This document shows, one piece after another, positions 57,254 through 64,000 of a stretch of 64,000 nt of DNA (position 1 is its first letter; each line of letters opens with the position of its first letter). The position numbers were made by a program, and so were the translations under genes. This stretch comes from an uncultured Acidimicrobiaceae bacterium (GTDB lineage Bacteria; Actinomycetota; Acidimicrobiia; Acidimicrobiales; SZUA-35). The stretch lies in contig CAZYMB010000008.1 of NCBI GenBank assembly GCA_964648795.1, positions 8,401 to 72,400 of the forward strand, in the 5' to 3' direction. Below the pieces are notes generated by a model that was given only the letters and a program-made list of their open reading frames with translations, did not search any database and was not told where the DNA came from.

Positions 57254-57850
57254 CTAAGTGCAAACATCAGGGAGGTCAAGCAGTTCAGCCATTCTGGCTG
57301 CGGTTTCACTAGGCGTAAGCTCGCCGTTATCAATCGAATGACAGTCGCTAAGTTTAGAAACTCCCTCTTCGTAATGAACTGCGACTCGATCTCGTTCCCA
57401 TTCGGACAACTCCCTATCGCCACGGTCAGTCATAGCAATCTCAATTGGCGGTGCCAAAGTAAGAACGTAGATTTCTGGGTCTAGAAGCTCAGAACGAAAT
57501 CTTTCAACATCGGCTGGGCGCAACACCCATGAAACTACAAGATTTGAACCAGACCGATCTGGATCATTCAAGTATGAAACAAGGTGATCAATCAGCGCAT
57601 TGATTTCTGAATCTTCAGTGGGATCAAAGTTAGGCGCTACCACATCTTTGAAGTCATCAACTTCTAAGTGCGTAAAGCCATACTCACTAGCGAATGCCGA
57701 GGCCGTCACAGATTTACCTGAGTTGAGGCTTCCAGACACGAATACAATCACCACCCAAGGATACAGTGCTTGCCGACGCACCCTTAGACAACTAGGCAAA
57801 GCCAGTTTTCGGACATCAATCACCAATCGATATACCCCCGGAATGAGCAA
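57254..57850 (-). CDS. P-loop kinase-like protein (AAA_33/zeta-like NTPase fold)
   Basis: It has the P-loop VSGSLNSGKS. The track start is a TTG at 57850. A GTG at 57754, giving (M)VIVFVSGSLNSGKS, is a more typical N-terminus. Confidence 0.6.
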   Translation of the reverse strand: MLIPGVYRLVIDVRKLALPSCLRVRRQALYPWVVIVFVSGSLNSGKSVTASAFASEYGFTHLEVDDFKDVVAPNFDPTEDSEINALIDHLVSYLNDPDRSGSNLVVSWVLRPADVERFRSELLDPEIYVLTLAPPIEIAMTDRGDRELSEWERDRVAVHYEEGVSKLSDCHSIDNGELTPSETAARMAELLDLPDVCT

Positions 57851-57988
57851 TGATGACTTTAAACCGTCGAGGATTACCCCAAGAACATTCCGTTATATGC
57901 TTCTTACTGGCCTCGCAGTCGTCGTCGTACTAGCCATCACCTTCTAGGCCAATTCAAGCTGCCATCGGAGCACACCGATATTTGGAAT

Positions 57989-58711
57989 ATGCGTAGGACC
58001 ACCATTCTCATACTCATCATTTTCCTTGGTGGCTGTTCAGCCGTCGGTTCACCATTGTCATCGGGCGATGAGACGTCGGTTCTGATAGTTGGCAATTCGC
58101 ATACTTTCTACAACAACATGCCTGAGATGGTTGAGCGAATCGCCGACCAAAATGGCATCGACTTAGACGTAGATATGGCAGCCCAGCCGGGTTTCTATCT
58201 TGATCAACACGCCAACTCACCGGAGACTCTCGATGCAATCAATAATGGCGAATATGACGTTGTTGTCTTTCAAGAACAGTCAGTTGCTCCAGCCGTTCCG
58301 CAGTTATACAGCCAACGCACTGCCCCGGCCTTAACCCAGCTATCAAACACAGCACGTGCAACGGGCAGTCAAATAGTTTTGTATCAAACTTGGGCACGCC
58401 GTGACGGACTACCCGAAGCCGGCTTCGGCGACTACTCGACAATGCAGGCTGCAATCATCGATGGCTACAACCGGCTAGCCGCAAGTAACGGCGCCACAGT
58501 GGCCCCAGTTGGGCAAGCTTGGCAACAAGCACACAGCCTTGGACAGTCAGGCTTTTTATATGACCCTGATGGAAATCATGCAAGTGCTGAAGGTTCATAT
58601 CTGGCAGCAATTGTTATTGGCGAAACAGTAACCGGAACCAGGTTTACCGAGGGCCCCTCACTGGGTGACGTCGACGAAAACGAAGTAACACAGCTTCTTA
58701 GCTATAACTAA
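57989..58711 (+). CDS. Lipoprotein, SGNH/GDSL-like hydrolase
   Basis: 240 aa with a lipobox (IFLGGCS). Block I is VLIVGNSHT. Later segments are FQE..., LYQTWARR and the DGNHAS block V-like motif. Confidence 0.6.
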   Translation: MRRTTILILIIFLGGCSAVGSPLSSGDETSVLIVGNSHTFYNNMPEMVERIADQNGIDLDVDMAAQPGFYLDQHANSPETLDAINNGEYDVVVFQEQSVAPAVPQLYSQRTAPALTQLSNTARATGSQIVLYQTWARRDGLPEAGFGDYSTMQAAIIDGYNRLAASNGATVAPVGQAWQQAHSLGQSGFLYDPDGNHASAEGSYLAAIVIGETVTGTRFTEGPSLGDVDENEVTQLLSYN

Positions 58712-58759
58712 GACGCTAGAGCCAACCAGATCGGATCGTAAAGCCATAGACTCTGACAT

Positions 58760-59656
58760 GTGTGGCTTGTCTTTCGACTTATCGATCTATTCTTCTTCGC
58801 TAGTGTCGCGTACTTAGACGAATTTCTCACAAGCAATAACTCAACTGAAGAAGACGCCTCAATTCATAGACGAGTTGGACCAGTGATTATGGTCTCGACG
58901 CTACTGTCACTGTTAGGACTCCTCGTCCTTTCGCCGTTTATTGTGCACGCCGATATCTTGAGTTCAGCGACATGGTTTGGTGTCCTTGGCGGGATAGCAG
59001 GCGCAGGCATGTATACCGGCTACTTTTATTGCTTAGAGAAGTTTCCTGTACAAGCAGTAGTCCCAATGTTTGTACTCACTGTTGTTTGGGTTCTACTGTA
59101 TGAAGTCGTTAGAGGCGCTTCATTCACAACCCTTGGGCTAGTTGGCGTTGTAGGCGCTGGTATCGGCGGATATGTGTTGGACGCCGGGTTCAACCTGCGA
59201 ATACCTAGAGGCGTTCTACTTGCCATGGCTCCGACTACAGCGGTCTGGGCAACGTCGTTTATCTTGATCGAAGAAGCCACCACTCGAACAACGGCATTCA
59301 CCGCCTACTGGTTCTTCTTGGCTGGCGTTCTACTAGTAGGTCTTGTTTACCTTGCCTTCGTCCGCCCTTATAGAGAATCATTCTTTGAACGATTGAAAGC
59401 GCAAAGGGTTTCCTTCGGTGCTACGAGCTTACTTAACGAATCTCTAGCGATGACTTCGTTCTTCTTTCAAACACTCGCCTTAGCTACTGCACCCTTTGTC
59501 AGCTATGTTGCCGCAACATCTGGCATCAGCAACATTTACCTACTTGGCCTACTGTTTTTCTTCCCTCTCAACGAACGATCGAAACCAACTAAAACTCAAA
59601 TAACAGGCATTGTCATAATATCGGCAGCCACCGCAATGCTGGGCCTCGCAAGCTAG
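58760..59656 (+). CDS. Polytopic membrane protein (DMT/EamA-like transporter candidate)
   Basis: 298 aa with a GTG start and about 9-10 hydrophobic helices. The family call is tentative. Confidence 0.5.
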   Translation: MWLVFRLIDLFFFASVAYLDEFLTSNNSTEEDASIHRRVGPVIMVSTLLSLLGLLVLSPFIVHADILSSATWFGVLGGIAGAGMYTGYFYCLEKFPVQAVVPMFVLTVVWVLLYEVVRGASFTTLGLVGVVGAGIGGYVLDAGFNLRIPRGVLLAMAPTTAVWATSFILIEEATTRTTAFTAYWFFLAGVLLVGLVYLAFVRPYRESFFERLKAQRVSFGATSLLNESLAMTSFFFQTLALATAPFVSYVAATSGISNIYLLGLLFFFPLNERSKPTKTQITGIVIISAATAMLGLAS

Positions 59657-59689
59657 CTTGCACGTAACTGCAGCCAATACCCTTGGCCG

Positions 59690-60277
59690 TTAGTCACACC
59701 AGCTGAAGAATGCGTCGGCGTATTGCTTCGGTTTGTGTTTCTTCTCGAAATCGAGATCGTTCGGCACCCAAACATCGGCCCACAATGTTTGAAACGCTTG
59801 GTCTCTGGCCTGACCATTTGCATTTGCTTTCTCAATCGGCGTGTCGACCCAGATTCGAAAATCAAAATCTTTCTGACGTTCTTGTGTGAACAGTCCGATT
59901 CCTTCGATAACCAACCAGTCAACTGGCTTGCGTCCACTTCTAAAAGTATCAACGTGGGCAGACTTGATATCGTCGTAAAGTACCCCATCCCAATCATCGC
60001 TTCTTGCTTGCAACCTCGGCCAGTCAAGGTAGTCATCAACGTGAACCAGTTGGATGCCCGGCACGTCTCTACCAAGCTTCTTGCCTAACTCGGTCTTGCC
60101 AGATCCCCCGAAACCAGAGATACCAACAATGCCAGTGCCAGGAAGTGAGCCTTGAATATGAGCCCACAGCTGAGCTTCTTCTGTAAATCGCATCGTACTA
60201 CTTATCGTGCCAGAAAATAGTGCCCGCAGTGACTTAAATAGCCAAATTTTATAGTCTGGGTTCCTGGCTCGGACCAC
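59690..60277 (-). CDS. P-loop nucleoside/uridine-kinase-like protein
   Basis: 195 aa with the P-loop VGISGFGGSGKTELGKKL. Its size and layout resemble the uridine kinase/PRK family. Confidence 0.6.
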   Translation of the reverse strand: MVRARNPDYKIWLFKSLRALFSGTISSTMRFTEEAQLWAHIQGSLPGTGIVGISGFGGSGKTELGKKLGRDVPGIQLVHVDDYLDWPRLQARSDDWDGVLYDDIKSAHVDTFRSGRKPVDWLVIEGIGLFTQERQKDFDFRIWVDTPIEKANANGQARDQAFQTLWADVWVPNDLDFEKKHKPKQYADAFFSWCD

Positions 60278-60926
60278 TGTTTGGCTCGGCAGTGCGAACC
60301 TGGTTAAATAGCTGGTCTAGTGCAGTCTGCTTGCCTGAGTTGTCGGTCATGTAGTTAAGGCCGATTGCTATGCGATCCCCGCCCAAGTCGGAGGCTTCAA
60401 CAAGCTCGTCAAGGGACAATACCGACTTACCAGCGCTCCTGTACGCAACATGATTATGCAGGAGTGCCTTGATATTAAAGCCTTCGAGAGTTTCACTGAA
60501 CTTCGATGCACGCTCACTCTTTGAGTCAGCCGAAGTTATTCCAAAGCTGATTCCTATGTAAGGATGCTTCAATCCATTAAAGATAAGAAAGTCGCCCTGT
60601 CTAGGAATGACTAGAGTCGCCGGAGAGCGCCGAATTTCTTCCAAGCTCTGTGCTCTCGTATTGTGTGAAACCAACAGAGCACTCCCAGGCACTGGATAGA
60701 AAACAACAGTAAGGCGTTCGTCGCGATGTGGATCTAGGCTCTCTCCCCCATCTGAGTTCACAACGAAAGCCTCAGCCACTCTCGGCTCTTGATCCCCATC
60801 CATTGCTTCCAAGCTTATGCCAGTACTATTCTGGGCAATAGCTCGGAGCACGTTTCTATAGCGATCGTAAAGCAGGGAGGCAGCTAGACCTCGCGGCGCC
60901 TTAAACAAGTTAGGTACATGTCTCAT
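60249..60926 (-). CDS. Putative 2OG-Fe(II) oxygenase superfamily protein
   Basis: 225 aa. A candidate HxD...H facial triad is present (LDPHRDE ... GDFLIFNGLKHPY). It overlaps the downstream kinase-like gene by 29 nt. The fold call is inference. Confidence 0.45.
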   Translation of the reverse strand: MRHVPNLFKAPRGLAASLLYDRYRNVLRAIAQNSTGISLEAMDGDQEPRVAEAFVVNSDGGESLDPHRDERLTVVFYPVPGSALLVSHNTRAQSLEEIRRSPATLVIPRQGDFLIFNGLKHPYIGISFGITSADSKSERASKFSETLEGFNIKALLHNHVAYRSAGKSVLSLDELVEASDLGGDRIAIGLNYMTDNSGKQTALDQLFNQVRTAEPNSGPSQEPRL

Positions 60927-61175
60927 CGGAAAGACTTGTTCGTTATCAGCCAGGGTTGTCTCATCACTTCCTGGGAATCTGATCGGAACAGCCTGATCTC
61001 TAACTAATTCAACGATCTCATTGCAAATTTCAATCGTACGCTGTCGCTCATCAGAATACCGTACGACCGAAAGTTCCTCGAAAGACTAAAGCTCGATAGC
61101 CGGAAAGCCCTCTTGGTCATGTCCGCCGCCAATCATATCTATATTATTGTAAGCCCAGATCTGCCAAACTATGAG

Positions 61176-61259
61176 TGCCCGGGGGGGGACTTGAACCCCC
61201 ACGACCCGAAGGCCAACGGATTTTGAATCCGTCGCGTCTGCCAATTCCGCCACCCGGGC
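61176..61259 (-). tRNA. tRNA-Leu (anticodon CAA), CCA not encoded
   Basis: The reverse complement folds as acceptor GCCCGGG/CCCGGGC, anticodon stem ACGGA/TCCGT, loop TTCAAAA, variable arm TGGCCTTCGGGTCGT, and T-arm GGGGG-TTCAAGT-CCCCC. Confidence 0.9.
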
Positions 61260-61329
61260 AGGTAGCTGGTAGAGCTTTAGCTCCAGCGAGTAAATGATAA
61301 CTGAGCCGAAACCAACTTCTGGTGCTTGT

Positions 61330-61343
61330 CTAGAAATTTCTAG
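61330..61343. promoter_or_regulatory. Perfect 14-nt palindrome upstream of fabD (candidate operator)
   Basis: CTAGAAATTTCTAG lies about 90 nt upstream of the fabD ATG, in the tRNA-fabD intergenic region. Confidence 0.35.
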
Positions 61344-61431
61344 CGAGAACCTTAACGCTCCATGCCCTACAATGATTGAGAGCCACTAGGCTAAGCTGTC
61401 CATCCAAACGTCATACTTTCTGAGGGATCTA

Positions 61432-62631
61432 ATGACTTCGATCAAAATTGCGTTCGTCTTTCCAGGACAAGGTGGACAAAAGCCAGGAATGGGATCTGCG
61501 TGGGTTGACCACCCGTCTTGGGAACTAGTCGAAGAAGCATCAGACGTTACCGGTCGAGACATCGCCAAACTATTACTCGAAGCAGACAAAGAAGAGTTAA
61601 CCAAGACTCACAACTCTCAACTCGTCACCTACATTGCCAGCATGCTCGCACTAGACGCAGTCGAACGAGTCGGCGTTGACGCAGCCTGCTATGCCGGTCA
61701 CAGCCTCGGCGAATACTCAGCCCTCACTGCTGCCGGTTCACTTTCCTATTCTGCTGGAGTCAAACTCGTTGCCGAACGTGGTGAAGCAATGCAAGACGCA
61801 GCCGAATGCCAACCAGGAACAATGGCTGCGGTACTTGGGTTAGAAGACGACGTCGTCGAAATGTGTTGCTCAAAAGCAGTCGGCGATGTTTGGGTAGCCA
61901 ACTACAACACTCCAGGCCAAGTTGTTGTTGCCGGCTCGGTCGAAGGCATTGAAGCCGTCACCGAAGAATGCAAAGCTGCCGGCGCTAAGAAAGTAATACC
62001 ACTTCCTGTTGGCGGAGCATTCCACACAACGTTTATGTCTCCTGCACGCGACCGACTAGTCAAAGCCATCGACGAAACCGACCTCCGAGACTGCATTGCA
62101 CCGGTATACGCCAACGTAGATTCAGCCCCTCATACTGAAGCCGCCGAATGGAGCAAGCTTCTAGCCGCTCAGCTCACCAGTCCTGTCAGATGGCGCCAAT
62201 CTATGGACCAAATGGGCGCCGATGGGTTCGACGTATATGTAGAGCTAGGTTCAGGTAGAATATTAAGTGGAATGACTAAACGCACAAATCCTGCCGCCGA
62301 AGCCATCAATGTTGGTTCACCGGCCGATGTAGACGCCCTTTTGGAGCGTCTCGCAAAAGCGCGTACAGAACCTACCGAAGAAGAAACTCCAGATGGCGAA
62401 ACTCTCTATGCAGTAGAGCGACTAGTCATTAGCCCCGGTAACGGCGTATTCGAACCAGTTATAGACCTAACTGATGGCCAAACAATCAAACAAGGCCAGA
62501 TCATCGGTAAAGTTGGCGAGCTAGAAGTTAAGTCACCATTTACCGGCCACCTACAGGGCCTACTTGCTTTGGACGGCGAAAAAGTTAACGCTAGCCAACC
62601 GCTAGCCTGGCTTCGCATTAACACAGACTAA
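61432..62631 (+). CDS. fabD: Malonyl CoA-ACP transacylase fused to a C-terminal biotinyl/lipoyl-like barrel domain
   Basis: 399 aa. FabD motifs are FVFPGQGGQ, the active site GHSLGEYSAL and VGGAFHT. Residues about 325-399 (LVISPGNGVFEP...GQIIGKVGELEVKSPFTGHLQGLLALDGEKVNASQPLAWLRI) resemble a BCCP/lipoyl hybrid barrel but lack the AMKM motif. Confidence 0.85.
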   Translation: MTSIKIAFVFPGQGGQKPGMGSAWVDHPSWELVEEASDVTGRDIAKLLLEADKEELTKTHNSQLVTYIASMLALDAVERVGVDAACYAGHSLGEYSALTAAGSLSYSAGVKLVAERGEAMQDAAECQPGTMAAVLGLEDDVVEMCCSKAVGDVWVANYNTPGQVVVAGSVEGIEAVTEECKAAGAKKVIPLPVGGAFHTTFMSPARDRLVKAIDETDLRDCIAPVYANVDSAPHTEAAEWSKLLAAQLTSPVRWRQSMDQMGADGFDVYVELGSGRILSGMTKRTNPAAEAINVGSPADVDALLERLAKARTEPTEEETPDGETLYAVERLVISPGNGVFEPVIDLTDGQTIKQGQIIGKVGELEVKSPFTGHLQGLLALDGEKVNASQPLAWLRINTD

Positions 62632-62926
62632 TTCTAAGAGCTGGCGGACCACTGTTTTGTGTTTCATAAGGTGACGCCACAAATGAATTGATGCCAGACA
62701 ATGCGTCTGCTGCAAGGACCTTCGTTTGGGTCAATCAGTGTTTCTGCAACATAGTCGGGAACTGCTTCTGGTTGCGAAGGTTTATTGACTGCGTCACCAG
62801 TTCACTGTTCGCTAACACTCCCCTACGAATTAACCGGCAATCACAAGGGTAACTAAAGACAAAGCCCATGCAACCAGCAATTTTCTGGCATCGCGATACC
62901 CTGGAAGCAGACAAAGGCGGTCGATA

Positions 62927-63646
62927 ATGGCGGAACAACCGGACAAACTGCGAGCTAGGCTGACAGAGTCGATTGCTAAGTTCAATCGCTCCGCCATGGC
63001 ACACCGAACAAACACCCAAGAACTGATCAGGGAGTTCAAAGCTATTGCCGAAAGCTTCCGAGATAGTCCGGGTTCTGATGCCAGCTCGCTTCAACCTGCT
63101 CTGGGGTCAGTTCAAGTTATCCTGCGCCAAGGAATGCTCGGAGAAGAAGCACAAAGAAACGTTGAGTTCTTCGAAGGTCTTTTCGAACAGACCATTAAAG
63201 TGCACGAACTAGTGGGGCTTTCGACAGAAGACATGAGCGACAGATTGTTTAGCTCTGAGATGAGCCGCCAGACGAACTATGCAAACAACGACAGCGCAGG
63301 CCGCCAGTCACTTATTCGACAGGCCTTCCAAGAAGCTCACATTGCTCCGACCAGTCAAGTTCTTGACGAGTTTTTGAAATATCTTACCTTTGAGTTACTG
63401 GAAGCAACCAACCAACAAGCCGACGAAAGAATTGATACTCTAATCGAATACCTGTTCCTACTAAATGACGACCTCTCATCTACACAGCACGGAGCATTCG
63501 ACGCACTGTTGATATTTCAAGACCATAAATCTCTGCCTTCTGTAAGCAACCCTGGACTAGACACACAGTTGTACAAGTTGGACGCCCAAGAAGACCTGCC
63601 AATCGGGGCTTCCCCCGTAGATCAGATACTAAAGCGGTTTCGTTGA
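62927..63646 (+). CDS. Hypothetical helical protein inserted between fabD and fabH
   Basis: 239-aa ORF, helix-rich and acidic, with no motif recognised. The competing antisense ORFs are shorter. Confidence 0.5.
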   Translation: MAEQPDKLRARLTESIAKFNRSAMAHRTNTQELIREFKAIAESFRDSPGSDASSLQPALGSVQVILRQGMLGEEAQRNVEFFEGLFEQTIKVHELVGLSTEDMSDRLFSSEMSRQTNYANNDSAGRQSLIRQAFQEAHIAPTSQVLDEFLKYLTFELLEATNQQADERIDTLIEYLFLLNDDLSSTQHGAFDALLIFQDHKSLPSVSNPGLDTQLYKLDAQEDLPIGASPVDQILKRFR

Positions 63647-63710
63647 GTCTAAAAGCCTCTTTGAGAGTTCTTGGAACTCTTACACCCACCGGGCTACACT
63701 AAGCCAGGCT

Positions 63711-64000
63711 ATGAGCTTTAAGTTTGCTGGTTCTGGATCTGCACTACCTGACAAAGTAGTTACTAACGATGATCTAGCCAAGACAATGGACACATCTGAT
63801 GAGTGGATCACCGAGCGCACCGGCATCAAAGAACGACGTGTAGGATCTTCAACCCTTGAGCTTGCTACTGCCGCAGCCAAGGCAGCTATCGCTGATGCTG
63901 GAATGAAGGCTGAACAGATCGAACAAATCATTCTTGCTACTACTACCCCAGAACAGCTCTGCCCCGGGACTGCACCAGCTGTTGCTAACAACCTCGGTAT
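63711..64000 (+). CDS. fabH: 3-oxoacyl-ACP synthase III, 5' part (runs off the right edge)
   Basis: My own translation gives MSFKFAGSGSALPDKVVTNDDLAKTMDTSDEWITERTGIKERRVG...ILATTTPEQLCPGTAPAVANNLG, the typical FabH N-terminus. Confidence 0.9.
   Translation, partial: MSFKFAGSGSALPDKVVTNDDLAKTMDTSDEWITERTGIKERRVGSSTLELATAAAKAAIADAGMKAEQIEQIILATTTPEQLCPGTAPAVANNLG

Noticed and set aside
60927-61088. The reading frame of 60249..60926 stays open for 53 more codons upstream toward tRNA-Leu(CAA) with no ATG/GTG/TTG, which suggested a 5'-truncated gene.
   Set aside because: An open stretch of 53 codons can occur by chance at this base composition. I cannot call it a pseudogene without homologs.

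Overview
This is a 64-kb chromosomal window. Gene order suggests a mid-GC member of the Actinomycetota: uvrC-rapZ-gap-pgk-tpiA-secG on the left and uvrA-uvrB-coaE-rpsA-polA...pdtaR on the right match the mycobacterial/streptomycete backbone. I support about 60 protein genes, two tRNA-Leu genes and one tRNA-Leu 5' fragment. I saw no rRNA, CRISPR array, transposase or obvious prophage. Accessory modules interrupt the backbone. (1) Two tandem giant TadG-like, Cys-rich repeat proteins lie next to a tyrosine recombinase (1.4-6.6 kb). (2) A five-gene Tad/Flp pilus secretion operon is inserted between rpsA and coaE (41.8-48.5 kb); it has no pilin or prepilin peptidase gene, and its TadB carries a large exported vWA-like domain. 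(3) An RTX-repeat/lysozyme-like protein sits upstream of a Gly-rich lipoprotein, a peptidoglycan-binding membrane-fusion protein and a MacB-type ABC exporter (26.3-31.9 kb). (4) A CoiA-like nuclease gene overlaps a DUF45 metalloprotease gene (24.0-25.3 kb). (5) A block of uncharacterised genes plus a DUF222-HNH endonuclease sits between polA and pdtaR, followed by a small-molecule-enzyme cluster that ends at tRNA-Leu(CAA). (6) FabD carries a C-terminal biotinyl/lipoyl-like domain. My best candidate for an undescribed system is the split Tad apparatus: the pilin-less secretion operon with the atypical TadB, together with the recombinase-linked pair of TadG-anchored, propeller-like putative tip adhesins. 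All functional calls come from motif recognition by eye and need HMM and structure checks.
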